Assembly (NCBI GenBank): GCA_964016885.1 | Contig: OZ024741.1 | Span: 260,772,001-260,836,000, forward strand | From: Eledone cirrhosa | Taxonomy: Eukaryota | Direction: 5' to 3' | DNA length: 64,000 bases | In this document: positions 1 to 13,495 of the stretch, piece by piece | How positions within the stretch are numbered: the stretch's first letter is position 1 | How the letters are laid out: every line of letters begins with the position of its first letter | Made by a program: the position numbers and the translations under genes | The notes under the pieces: generated by a model | What the model was told of the DNA's origin: nothing | Database searches by the model: none | Seen by the model: the letters and a program-made list of their open reading frames with translations, nothing else

Positions 1-3000
1 GACATACGAGTGTTTTGACTTACGGGTGTTTCGACTTACGAGTGTTTTGACTTACGAATGTTTTGACTTACGGGTGTTTCGGCTTACGAGTGTTTCGACT
101 TACGAGTCTTTCGGCTTACGAGTGTTTCGACTTACTAATGTTTTTACTTACGAGTGTTTCGACTTACGAGTGTTTCGACTTACGAGTGTTTTGACTTACG
201 AATGTTTTGACTTACGGGTGTTTCGGCTTATGAGTGTTTCGACTTACGAGTCTTTCGGCTTACGAGTGTTTCGACTTACTAATGTTTTTACTTACGAGTG
301 TTTCGGCGTACGAGTGTTTCGACTTACGAGTGTTTCGACTTACGGGTGTTTTGACTTAAGGGTGTTTCGGCTTACGAGTGTTTCGACTTACGAGTGTTTT
401 GACTTAAGGGTGTTTCGACTTACGAGTATTTTTGGCTTACGAGTGTTTCGACTTACGAGTGTTTTGACTTACGAGTGTTCTGATTTACGGATGTTTCGAC
501 ATACGAGTGTTTCGATTTACGAGTGTTTCGACTTATGAGTGTTTCGACTTACGAGTGTTTCGGCTTACGAGTGTTTCGACTTACGAGTGTTTTGACTTAC
601 GGTGTTTCGGCTTACGAGTGTTTCGACTTACGAGTGTTTTGACTTACGGGTGTTTTGACATACGAGTGTTTCGATACGAGTGTTCTGACTTACGAGTGTT
701 CTGACTTACGAGTGTTTTGACTTACGAGTGTTCTGACTTACGAGTGTTCCGACTTACGAGTGTTCCGACTTACGAGTGTTTCGGCTTACGAGTGTTTCCG
801 GCTTACGAGTGTTTCGACTTCCGAGTGTTTTGACTTACGGTTTTTCGGCTTACGAGTGATTCGACTACGAGTGTTTTGACTTACGGGTGATTTGACTTAC
901 GGGTGTTGTGAATTACGAGTGTTCCGATTTACGAGTGTTTTGACTTACGGTGTTTCGGCTTACGAGTGATTCGAGTTACGAATGTTTTGACTTACGGGTG
1001 TTTCGGCTTGCGAGTGTTTCGACTTACGAGTGTTTCGGCTTATGGGTGTTTCGACTTACTAATGTTTTTACTTACGAGTGTTTCGGCGTACGAGTGTTTT
1101 GACTTACGAGTGTTTCGACTTACGAGTGTTTCGACTTACGAGTGTTTCGGCTTACGTGAGTTTCGACTTAAGTGTGTTCTGATTTACGAGTGTTCTGACT
1201 TGCGGGTGTTCTGATTTACGAGTGTTCCGACTTACGAGTGTTTCGTCTTATGAGTGTTTCGACTTACGAGTGTTTCGGCTTACGAGTGTTTCGACTTATG
1301 GGTGTTTCGACTTACGAGTGTTTTTACTTACGGTGTTTCGGCTTACGAGTGTTTCGACATACGAGTGTTTTGACTTACGGGTGTTTCGACTTACGAGTGT
1401 TTTGACTTACGAATGTTTTGACTTACGGGTGTTTCGGCTTACGAGTGTTTCGACTTACGAGTGTTTCGGATTACGATTGTTTCGACTTACTAATGTTCTT
1501 ACTTACTAGTGTTTCGGCGTACGAGAGTTTTGACTTACGAGTGTTTCGAATTACGAGTGTTTCGACTTACGAGTGTTTTGACTTACGAATGTTTTGACTT
1601 ACGGGTGTTTCGGCTTACGAGTGTTTCGACTTACGAGTCTTTCGGCTTACGAGTGTTTCGACTTACTAATGTTTTTACTTACGAGTGTTTCGGCGTACGA
1701 GTGTTTCGACTTACGAGTGTTTCGACTAACGGGTGTATTGACTTACGGGTGTTTCGGCTTACGGGTGTTTTGACTTACGAGTGTTTTGACTTAAGGGTGT
1801 TTCGACTTACGAGTATTTTTGGCTTACGAGTGTTTCGACTTACGAGTGTTTTGACTTACGAGTGTTCTGATTTACGGATGTTTCGACATACGAGTGTTTC
1901 GACTTACGAGTGTTTCGACTTATGAGTGTTTCGACTTACGACTGTTTCGACTTACGAGTGTTTCGGCTTATGAGTGTTTCGACTTACGAGTGTTTCGACT
2001 TACGAGTGTTTTGTCTTACGGGTGTTTTGACATACGAGTGTTTCGATACGAGTGTTCTGACTTACGAGTGTTCTGACTTACGAGTGTTTTGACTCACGAG
2101 TGTTCTGACTTACGAGTGTTCCGACTTACGAGTGTTCCGACTTACGAGTGTTTCGGCTTACGAGTGTTTCCGGCTTACGAGTGTTTCGACTTACGAGTGT
2201 TTTGACTTACGGTGTTTCGGCTTACGAGTGATTCGACTTACGAGTGTTTTGACTTACGGGTGTTTTGACTTACGGGTGTTGTGAATTACGAGTGTTCCGA
2301 TTTACGAGTGTTTTGACTTACGGTGTTTCGGCTTACGAGTGATTCGACTTACGAATGTTTTGACTTACGGGTGTTTCGGCTTGCGAGTGTTTCGACTTAC
2401 GAGTGTTTCGGCTTACGAGTGTTTCGACTTACTAATTTTTTTACTTACGAGTGATTCGGCGTACGAGAGTTTTGACTTACGAGTGTTTCGACTTACGAGT
2501 GTTTTGACTTACGAATGTTTTGACTTACTAATGTTTCGGCGTACGAGTGTTTCGACTTACGAGTGTTTCGACTTACGGGTGTTTTGACTTACGGGTGTTT
2601 CGGCTTACGAGTGTTTCGACTTACGATTGTTTGGCTTACGAATGTTTCGACTTACGAGTGTTTCGACTTACGAGAGTTTTGACTTACGGTGTTTCGGCTT
2701 ACGAGTGTTTCGACTTACGAGTGTTTTGACTTACGGGTGTTTTGACATACGAGTGTTTCGATACGAGTGTTCTGACTTACGAGTGTTCTGACTTACGAGT
2801 GTTCTGACTTACGGGTGTTCTGACTTACGAGTGTTCCGACTTACGAGTGTTTCGGCTTATGAGGGTTTCGACTTACGAGTGCTTCGGCTTACGAGTGTTT
2901 CGACTTACGAGTGTTTCGGCTTACGAGTGTTTCGACTTACGAATGTTTTGGCTTACGAGTGTTTCGGCTTACGAGTGTTTCGACTTACGAGTGTTTCGAC

Positions 3001-5780
3001 TTACGAGTGTTTTGACTTACGGTGTTTCGGCTTACGAGTGTTTCGACATACGAGTGTTTTGACGTACGGGTGTTTCGACTTACGGGTGTTTCGACTTAAG
3101 AGTGTTTCGACTTACGAGCGCTTCGACTTACGAGTGTTTCGGCTTACGAGTGTTTCGGCGTATGAGTGTTTCGACTTACGAGTCTTTCGGCTTACGAGTG
3201 TTTCGACTTACTAATGTTTTTACTTACGAGTGTTTCGGCGTACGAGTGTTTCGACTTACGAGTGTTTCGACTTACGGGTGTTTTGACTTACGGGTGTTTC
3301 GGCTCACGAGTGTTTCGACTTACGATTGTTTGGCTTACGAATGTTTCGGCTTACGAGTGTTTCGACTTACGAGAGTTTTGACTTACGGTGTTTCGGCTTA
3401 CGAGTGTTTCGACTTACGAGTGTTTTGACTTACGGGTGTTTTAACATACGAGTGTTTCGATACGAGTGTTCTGACTTACGAGTGTTCTGACTTACGAGTG
3501 TTCTGACTTACGGGTGTTCTGACTTACGAGTGTTCCGACTTACGAGTGTTTCGGCTTATGAGGGTTTCGACTTACGAGTGCTTCGGCTTACGAGTGTTTC
3601 GACTTACGAGTGTTTCGGCTTACGAGTGTTTCGACTTACGAATGTTTTGGCTTACGAGTGTTTCGGCTTACGAGTGTTTCGACTTACGAGTGTTTCGACT
3701 TACGAGTTTTTTGACTTACGGTGTTTCGGCTTACGAGTGTTTCGACATACGAGTGTTTTGACGTACGGGTGTTTCGACTTCCGGGTGTTTCGACTTAAGA
3801 GTGTTTCGACTTACGAGCGCTTCGACTTACGAGTGTTTCGGCTTACGAGTGTTTCGGCGTATGAGTGTTTTGACTTACGAGTGTTTCGACTTACGAGTGT
3901 TTCGACTTACGAGTGTTTCGACTTACGAGTGTTTCGACTTACGAGTGTTTTGACTTACGAGTGTTTTGACTAACGGTGTTTCTGCTTACGAGTGTTTCGA
4001 CTTACGAGTGTTATGACTTACGGGTGTTTTGACATACGAGTGTTTCGATACGAGTGTTTCGACTTACGAGTGTTACGAGTGTTCTGACTTACGAGTGTTT
4101 CGACTTACGAGTGTTCTGACCTACGAGTGTTCTGACTTACGAGTGTTTCGACTTACGAGTGTTTCGACTTACGAGTGTTTCGACTTTCGAGTGTTTTGAC
4201 TTACGGTGTTTCGGCTTACGAGTGATTCGACTTACGAGTGTTTTGACTAACGGGTGTTTTGACTTACGGGTGTTGTGAATTACCAGTGTTCCGATTTACG
4301 AGTATTTTGACTTACGGTGTTTCGGCTTGCGAGTGTTTCGACTCACGAGTGTTTCGGCTTATGAGTGTTTCGACTTACTAATGTTTTTACTTACGAGTGT
4401 TTCGGCGTTCGAGTGTTTTGCCTTACGAGTGTTTCGACTTACGATTGTTTTGGCTTACGAATGTTTCGACTTACGAGTGTTTCGGCTTACGAGTGTTTCG
4501 ACCTACGAGTGTTTCGGCTTACGAGTGTTTTGACGTACGAATGTTTTGGCTTACGCGTGTTTCGTCTTACGAGTGTTTCGAATTACGAGTGTTTCGACTT
4601 ACGAGTGTTTTGACTTACGGTGTTTCGGCTTACGAGTGTTTCGACTCACGAGAGTTTTAACTTACGGGTATTTCGACTTACGCGTGTTTCGACTTACGAA
4701 TGTTCCGACTTACGAGTGTTTCGACTTACGAGTGTTTCGGCGTACGAGTGTTTCGACTTACGAGTGTTTTGACTTACGTGTGTTTCGGCTTACGAGTGTT
4801 TTGACTTACGAGTGTTTTGACTTACGGGTGTTTCGGCTTACGAGTGTTTCGACTTACGAGTGTTCTGACTTACGAGTGTTCCGACTTACCAGCGTTCCGA
4901 CTTACGAGTGTTTCGGCTTACGAGTGTTCCGACTTACGAGTGTTTCGACTTACGAGTGTTTTGACTTACGGTGTTTCGGCTTACGAGTGTTTTGACTTAC
5001 GAGTGTTTTGACTTACGGGTGTTTTGACATACGAGTGTTTCGATACGAGTGTTCTGACTTACGAGTGTTCTGACTTACGAGCGTTCTGACTTACGAGTGT
5101 TCTGACTTACGAGAGTTCTGACTTACGGGTGTTCTTACTTACGAGTGTTCCGACTTACGAGTGTTTCAGCTTATGAGTGTTTCGACTTACGAGTGCTTCG
5201 GTTTACGAGTGTTTCGACTTACGAGTGTTTCGACTTACGAGTGTTTTGACTTACGAGTGTTTTGACTAACGGTGTTTCTGACTTACGAGTGTTTCGACTT
5301 ACGAGTGTTCTGACCTACGAGTGTTATGACTTACGAGTGTTTCGACTTACGAGTGTTTTGACTTACGGGTGTTTTGACATACGAGTGTTTCGATACGAGT
5401 GTTTCGACTTACGAGTGTTCTGACTTACGAGTGTTCTGACTTACGAGTGTTCTGACTTACGAGTGTTCTGATTTACGAGTGTTCCGACTTACGAGTGTTT
5501 CGGCTTACGAGTGTTTCGGCTTACGAGTGTTTCGACTTACGAGTGTTTCGACTTACGAGTGTTCCGACTTACGGGTGTTTCGACTTACGAGTGGTTTGGC
5601 TTACGGTGTTTCGGCTTACGAGTGTTTCGAGTTACGAGTGTTTTGACTTACGCGTGTTTTGACATACGAGTGTTTCGATACGATTGTTCTGACTTACGAG
5701 TGTTCTGACTTACGAGTGTTCCGACTTTACGAGTGTTTCGGCTCACGAGTGTTTCGGCTTACGAGTGTTTCGACTTACGA

Positions 5781-5857
5781 AAATAACAAATAGACGCGGT
5801 TTCAAATCTCTATGATTTTCAAATTCATTACTTTAATCTTTATTTATACGTTTCGCT
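5781..5857. repeat. 77-bp AT-rich interruption, copy 1 (private ATTACTTTAATC variant)
   Basis: AAATAACAAATAGACGCGGTTTCAAATCTCTATGATTTTCAAATTCATTACTTTAATCTTTATTTATACGTTTCGCT sits between two TTACGA motifs; 20/77 GC. Confidence 0.95.
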
Positions 5858-8201
5858 TTACGAGTGTTTCGACTTACGAGTGTTTCGACATACGAGTGTT
5901 TCGACTTCCGAATGTTTTTGCTTACGGGTGTTTCGACTTACGAATGTTTCGGCTTACGAGTGTTTCGGCTTACGAGTGTTCCGACTTAGGAGTGTTTCGG
6001 CTTACGAGTGTTTCCGGCTTACGAGTGTTTCGACTTACGAGTGTTTCGACTTTCGAGTGTTTTGACTTACGGTGTTTCGGCTTACGAGTGATTCGACTTA
6101 CGAGTGTTTTGACTTACGGGTGTTTTGACTTACGGGTGTTGTGAATTACCAGTGTTCCGATTTACGAGTATTTTGACTTACGGTGATTCGGCTTGCGAGT
6201 GTTTCGACTCACGAGTGTTTCGGCTTATGAGTGTTTCGACTTACTAATGTTTTTACTTACGAGTGTTTCGGCGTTCGAGTGTTTTGCCTTACGAGTGTTT
6301 CGACTTAAGAGTGTTTTGACTTACGAATGTTTTGACTTACGGGTGTTTCGGCTTATGAGTGTTTCGACTTACGAGTGTTTCGACTTACGAGTGTTTCGAC
6401 TTACGAGTGTTCTGACTTACGAGTGTTCTGACTTACGAATGTTTCGACTTACGAGTGTTTCAGTTTACGAGTGTTTCGACATACGAGTGTTTTGACTTAC
6501 GGGTGTTTCGACTACGGGTGTTTCGAATTACGAGTGTTTCGACTTACTAATGTTTTTACTTACGAGTGTTTCGGTGTACGAATGTTTTGACTTAAGGATG
6601 TTTCGACTTACGAGTGTTTCGACTTACGAGTGTTTCGGCTTACGTGAGTTTCGACTTAAGAGTGTTCTGATTTACGAGTGTTCTGACTTGCGGGTGTTCT
6701 GATTTACGAGTGTTCCGACTTACGAGTGTTTCGGCTTATGAGTGTTTCGACTTACGAGTGTTTCGGCTTACGAGTGTTTCGACTTATGGGTGTTTCGACT
6801 TACGAGTGTTTTTACTTACGGTGTTTCGGCTTACGAGTGTTTCGACATACGAGTGTTTTGACTTACGGGTGTTTCGACTTACGAGTGTTTTGACTTACGA
6901 ATGTTTTGACTTACGGGTGTTTCGGCTTACGAGTGTTTCGACTTACGAGTGTTTCGGCTTACGAGTGTTTCGACTTACGGGTGTTTCGGCTTATGAGTGT
7001 TTCGACTTACGAGTCTTTCGGCTTACGAGTGTTTCGACTTACTAATGTTTTTACTTACGACTGTTTCGGCGTACGAGTGTTTCGACTTACGAGTGTTTCG
7101 ACTTACGGGTGTTTTGACTTACGGGTGTTTCGGCTTACGAGTGTTTCGACTTACGATTGTTTGGCTTACGAATGTTTCGACTTACGAGTGTTTCGACTTA
7201 CGAGAGTTTTGACTTACGGTGTTTCGGCTTACGAGTGTTTCGACTTACGAGTGTTTTGACTTACGGGTGTTTTGACATACGAGTGTTTCGATACGAGTGT
7301 TCTGACTTACGAGTGTTCTGACTTACGAGTGTTTCGACTTACGAGTGTTTTGACTTACGGGTGTTTTGACATACGAGTGTTTCGATACGAGTGTTCTGAC
7401 TTACGAGTGTTCTGACTTACGAGTGTTCTGACTTACGGGTGTTCTGACTTACGAGTGTTCCGGCTTACGAGTGTTTCGGCTTATGAGGGTTTCGACTTAC
7501 GAGTGCTTCGGCTTACGAGTGTTTCGACTTACGAGTGTTTCGGATACGAGTGTTTCGACTTACGAATGTTTTGGCTTACGAGTGTTTCGGCTTACGAGTG
7601 TTTCGACTTACGAGTGTTTCGACTTACGAGTGTTTTGACTTACGGTGTTTCGGCTTACGAGTGTTTCGACATACGAGTGTTTTGACGTACGGGTGTTTCG
7701 ACTTACGGGTGTTTCGACTTAAGAGTGTTTCGACTTACGAGCGCTTCGACTTACGAGTGTTTCGACTTACGAGTGTTTCGGCTTACGAGTGTTTCGGCGT
7801 ATGAGTGTTTCGACTTACGAGTCTTTCGGCTTACGAGTGTTTCGACTTACTAATGTTTTTACTTACGAGTGTTTCGGCGTACGAGTGTTTCGACTTACGA
7901 GTGTTTCGACTTACGGGTGTTTTGACTTACGGGTGTTTCGGCTTACGAGTGTTTCGACTTACGATTGTTTGGCTTACGAATGTTTCGGCTTACGAGTGTT
8001 TCGACTTACGAGAGTTTTGACTTACGGTGTTTCGGCTTACGAGTGTTTCGACTTACGAGTGTTTTGACTTACGGGTGTTTTGACATACGAGTGTTTCGAT
8101 ACGAGTGTTCTGACTTACGAGTGTTCTGACTTACGAGTGTTCCGACTTTACGAGTGTTTCGGCTCACGAGTGTTTCGGCTTACGAGTGTTTCGACTTACG
8201 A

Positions 8202-8278
8202 AAATAACAAATAGACGCGGTTTCAAATCTCTATGATTTTCAAATTCATTACATTAATCTTTATTTATACGTTTCGCT
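8202..8278. repeat. 77-bp AT-rich interruption, copy 2
   Basis: Same sequence (ATTACATTAATC form) and same upstream flank; the downstream monomers differ from those after the other copies. Confidence 0.95.
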
Positions 8279-8601
8279 TTACGAGTGTTTCGACTTACGA
8301 GTGTTTCGACTTACGGGTGTTTTGACTTACTGGTGTTTCGGCTTACGATTGTTTCGACTTACGATTGTTTGGCTTACGAATGTTTCGACTTACGAGTGTT
8401 TCGACTTACGAGAGTTTTGACTTACGGTGTTTCGGCTTACGAGTGTTTCGACTTACGAGTGTTTTGACTTACGGGTGTTTTGACATACGAGTGTTTCGAT
8501 ACGAGTGTTCTGACTTACGAGTGTTCTGACTTACGAGTGTTCCGACTTTACGAGTGTTTCGGCTCACGAGTGTTTCGGCTTACGAGTGTTTCGACTTACG
8601 A

Positions 8602-8678
8602 AAATAACAAATAGACGCGGTTTCAAATCTCTATGATTTTCAAATTCATTACATTAATCTTTATTTATACGTTTCGCT
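8602..8678. repeat. 77-bp AT-rich interruption, copy 3
   Basis: Identical to copy 2 and exactly 400 bp downstream of it. Confidence 0.95.
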
Positions 8679-9899
8679 TTACGAGTGTTTCGACTTACGA
8701 GTGTTTCGACATACGAGTGTTTCGACTTCCGAATGTTTTTGCTTACGGGTGTTTCGACTTACGAATGTTTCGGCTTACGAGTGTTTCGGCTTACGAGTGT
8801 TCCGACTAGGAGTGTTTCGGCTTACGAGTGTTTCCGGCTTACGAGTGTTTCGACTTACGAGTGTTTCGACTTTCGAGTGTTTTGACTTACGGTGTTTCGG
8901 CTTACGAGTGATTCGACTTACGAGTGTTTTGACTAACGGGTGTTTTGACTTACGGGTGTTGTGAATTACCAGTGTTCCGATTTACGAGTATTTTGACTTA
9001 CGGTGTTTCGGCTTGCGAGTGTTTCGACTCACGAGTGTTTCGGCTTATGAGTGTTTCGACTTACTAATGTTTTTACTTACGAGTGTTTCGGCGTTCGAGT
9101 GTTTTGCCTTACGAGTGTTTCGACTTACGATTGTTTTGGCTTACGAATGTTTCGACTTACGAGTGTTTCGGCTTACGAGTGTTTCGACCTACGAGTGTTT
9201 CGGCTTACGAGTGTTTTGACGTACGAATGTTTTGGCTTACGCGTGTTTCGTCTTACGAGTGTTTCGAATTACGAGTGTTTCGACTTACGAGTGTTTTGAC
9301 TTACGGTGTTTCGGCTTACGAGTGTTTCGACTCACGAGAGTTTTAACTTACGGGTATTTCGACTTACGCGTGTTTCGACTTACGAATGTTCCGACTTACG
9401 AGTGTTTCGACTTACGAGTGTTTCGGCGTACGAGTGTTTCGACTTACGAGTGTTTTGACTTACGTGTGTTTCGGCTTACGAGTGTTTTGACTTACGAGTG
9501 TTTTGACTTACGGGTGTTTCGGCTTACGAGTGTTTCGACTTACGAGTGTTCTGACTTACGAGTGTTCCGACTTACCAGCGTTCCGACTTACGAGTGTTTC
9601 GGCTTACGAGTGTTCCGACTTACGAGTGTTTCGACTTACGAGTGTTTTGACTTACGGTGTTTCGGCTTACGAGTGTTTTGACTTACGAGTGTTTTGACTT
9701 ACGGGTGTTTTGACATACGAGTGTTTCGATACGAGTGTTCTGACTTACGAGTGTTCTGACTTACGAGCGTTCTGACTTACGAGTGTTCTGACTTACGAGA
9801 GTTCTGACTTACGGGTGTTCTTACTTACGAGTGTTCCGACTTACGAGTGTTTCAGCTTATGAGTGTTTCGACTTACGAGTGCTTCGGTTTACGAGTGTT

Positions 9900-11080
9900 T
9901 CGACTTACGAGTGTTTCGACTTACGAGTGTTTTGACTTACGAGTGTTTTGACTAACGGTGTTTCTGACTTACGAGTGTTTCGACTTACGAGTGTTCTGAC
10001 CTACGAGTGTTATGACTTACGAGTGTTTCGACTTACGAGTGTTTTGACTTACGGGTGTTTCGACTTACGAGTGTTTCGAGTTACGAGTGTTTCGAGTTAC
10101 GAGTGTTTCGACTTACGAGTGTTTTTACTTACGAATGTTCTGAATTACGGGTGTTTCGGCTTACGAGTGTTTCGACTTACGAGTGTTTTGACTTACGGGT
10201 GTTTTGACTTACGGGTGTTGTGAATTACGAGTGTTCCGATTTACGAGTGTTTTGACTTACGGTGTTTCGGCTAACGAGTGATTCGACTTACGAATGTTTT
10301 GACTTACGGGTGTTTCGGCTTACGAGTGTTTCGACTTACGAGTGTTTCGGCTTGCGAGTGTTTCGACTTACTAATGTTTTTACTTACGAGTTTTTCGGCG
10401 TACGAGTGTTTCGACTTACGAGTGTTTCGACTTACGGGTGTTTTGACTTAAGGGTGTTTCGACTTACAAGTGTTTCGACTTACGAGTGTTTCGACTTACG
10501 AGTGTTTTGACTTACGAGTGTTTTGACTAACGGTGTTTCTGACTTACGAGTGTTTCGACTTACGAGTGTTCTGACCTACGAGTGTTATGACTTACGAGTG
10601 TTTCGACTTACGAGTGTTTTGACTTACGGGTGTTTCGACTTACGAGTGTTTCGAGTTACGAGTGTTTCGAGTTACGAGTGTTTCGACTTACGAGTGTTTT
10701 TACTTACGAATGTTCTGAATTACGGGTGTTTCGGCTTACGAGTGTTTCGACTTACGAGTGTTTTGACTTACGGGTGTTTTGACTTACGGGTGTTGTGAAT
10801 TACGAGTGTTCCGATTTACGAGTGTTTTGACTTACGGTGTTTCGGCTAACGAGTGATTCGACTTACGAATGTTTTGACTTACGGGTGTTTCGGCTTACGA
10901 GTGTTTCGACTTACGAGTGTTTCGGCTTGCGAGTGTTTCGACTTACTAATGTTTTTACTTACGAGTTTTTCGGCGTACGAGTGTTTCGACTTACGAGTGT
11001 TTCGACTTACGGGTGTTTTGACTTAAGGGTGTTTCGACTTACAAGTGTTTCGACTTACGAGTGTTTCGACTTACGAGTGT
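9900..11080 (+). repeat. 575-bp tandem duplication within the satellite (boundaries approximate)
   Basis: Identical ORF pairs at 9948/10523 and 10262/10837 (offset 575). Rare variants such as GGCTAACG and GAGTTTTTCGGCG recur at that offset. Confidence 0.9.
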
Positions 11081-11584
11081 TCTGACTTACGAGTGTTCTG
11101 ATTTACGGATGTTTCAACATACGAGTGTTTCGACTTAGGAGTGTTTCGACTTACGAGTGTTTTGACTTACGGGTGTTTTGACATACGAGTGTTTCGATAC
11201 GAGTGTTTCGACTTACGAGTGTTCTGACTTACGAGTGTTCTGACTTACGAGTGTTCTGACTTACGAGTGTTCTGATTTACGAGTGTTCCGACTTACGAGT
11301 GTTTCGGCTTACGAGTGTTTCGGCTTACGAGTGTTTCGACTTACGAGTGTTTCGACTTACGAGTGTTCCGACTTACGGGTGTTTCGACTTACGAGTGGTT
11401 TGGCTTACGGTGTTTCGGCTTACGAGTGTTTCGAGTTACGAGTGTTTTGACTTACGCGTGTTTTGACATACGAGTGTTTCGATACGAGTGTTCTGACTTA
11501 CGAGTGTTCTGACTTACGAGTGTTCCGACTTTACGAGTGTTTCGGCTCACGAGTGTTTCGGCTTACGAGTGTTTCGACTTACGA

Positions 11585-11661
11585 AAATAACAAATAGACG
11601 CGGTTTCAAATCTCTATGATTTTCAAATTCATTACATTAATCTTTATTTATACGTTTCGCT
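11585..11661. repeat. 77-bp AT-rich interruption, copy 4
   Basis: Read directly; its internal ATG is at 11616. Confidence 0.95.
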
Positions 11662-13418
11662 TTACGAGTGTTTCGACTTACGAGTGTTTCGACATACGAG
11701 TGTTTCGACTTCCGAATGTTTTTGCTTACGGGTGTTTCGACTTACGAATGTTTCGGCTTACGAGTGTTTCGGCTTACGAGTGTTCCGACTTAGGAGTGTT
11801 TCGGCTTACGAGTGTTTCCGGCTTACGAGTGTTTCGACTTACGAGTGTTTCGACTTTCGAGTGTTTTGACTTACGGTGTTTCGGCTTACGAGTGATTCGA
11901 CTTACGAGTGTTTTGACTTACGGGTGTTTTGACTTACGGGTGTTGTGAATTACCAGTGTTCTGATTTACGAGTATTTTGACTTACGGTGATTCGGCTTGC
12001 GAGTGTTTCGACTCACGAGTGTTTCGGCTTATGAGTGTTTCGACTTACTAATGTTTTTACTTACGAGTGTTTCGGCGTTCGAGTGTTTTGCCTTACGAGT
12101 GTTTCGACTTAAGAGTGTTTTGACTTACGAATGTTTTGACTTACGGGTGTTTCGGCTTATGAGTGTTTCGACTTACGAGTGTTTCGACTTACGAGTGTTT
12201 CGACTTACGAGTGTTCTGACTTACGAGTGTTCTGACTTACGAATGTTTCGACTTACGAGTGTTTCAGTTTACGAGTGTTTCGACATACGAGTGTTTTGAC
12301 TTACGGGTGTTTCGACTACGGGTGTTTCGAATTACGAGTGTTTCGGCTTACGAGTGTTTCGACTTACTAATGTTTTTACTTACGAGTGTTTCGGTGTACG
12401 AATGTTTTGACTTAAGGATGTTTCGACTTACGAGTGTTTCGACTTACGAGTGTTTCGGCTTACGTGAGTTTCGACTTAAGAGTGTTCTGATTTACGAGTG
12501 TTCTGACTTGCGGGTGTTCTGATTTAAGAGTGTTCCGACTTACGAGTGTTTCGGCTTATGAGTGTTTCGACTTACGAGTGTTTCGGCTTACGAGTGTTTC
12601 GACTTATGGGTGTTTCGACTTACGAGTGTTTTTACTTACGGTGTTTCGGCTTACGAGTGTTTCGACATACGAGTGTTTTGACTTACGGGTGTTTCGACTT
12701 ACGAGTGTTTTGACTTACGAATGTTTTGACTTACGGGTGTTTCGGCTTACGAGTGTTTCGACTTACGAGTGTTTCGGCTTACGAGTGTTTCGACTTACGG
12801 GTGTTTCGGCTTATGAGTGTTTCGACTTACGAGTCTTTCGGCTTACGATTGTTTCGACTTACTAATGTTTATACTTACGACTGTTTCGGCGTACGAGTGT
12901 TTCGACTTACGAGTGTTTCGGCTTACGAGTGTTTCGACTTACGATTGTTTGGCTTACGAATGTTTCGACTTACGAGTGTTTCGACTTACGAGAGTTTTGA
13001 CTTACGGTGTTTCGGCTTACGAGTGTTTCGACTTACGAGTGTTTTGACTTACGGGTGTTTTGACATACGAGTGTTTCGATACGAGTGTTCTGACTTACGA
13101 GTGTTCTGATTTACGAGTGTTCCGACTTACGAGTGTTTCGGCTTACGAGTGTTTCGGCTTACGAGTGTTTCGACTTACGAGTGTTTCGACTTACGAGTGT
13201 TCCGACTTACGGGTGTTTCGACTTACGAGTGGTTTGGCTTACGGTGTTTCGGCTTACGAGTGTTTCGAGTTACGAGTGTTTTGACTTACGCGTGTTTTGA
13301 CATACGAGTGTTTCGATACGAGTGTTCTGACTTACGAGTGTTCTGACTTACGAGTGTTCCGACTTTACGAGTGTTTCGGCTCACGAGTGTTTCGGCTTAC
13401 GAGTGTTTCGACTTACGA

Positions 13419-13495
13419 AAATAACAAATAGACGCGGTTTCAAATCTCTATGATTTTCAAATTCATTACATTAATCTTTATTTATACGTTTCGCT
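13419..13495. repeat. 77-bp AT-rich interruption, copy 5
   Basis: Read directly; 1834 bp after copy 4. Confidence 0.95.

Noticed and set aside
5781-5857. tRNA or structured ncRNA in the 77-bp interruption
   Set aside because: The length is tRNA-like, but I found no cloverleaf, T-loop motif or stable stems at 26% GC.
5775-5863. Interruption as an intact MITE with TTACGA target-site duplication
   Set aside because: TTACGA flanks are expected trivially inside this tandem repeat. Inverted matches are only 5-6 bp (AAATAA/TTATTT, CGAAA/TTTCG), and all copies share one flank, so there is no sign of independent mobility.
5812-6144. MIFKFITLIFIY... 110-aa ORF with ATG start and signal-peptide-like N-terminus (9 annotated copies)
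   Set aside because: The hydrophobic start is what AT-rich DNA encodes by chance, and the rest is satellite translation. There is no independent evidence of coding.
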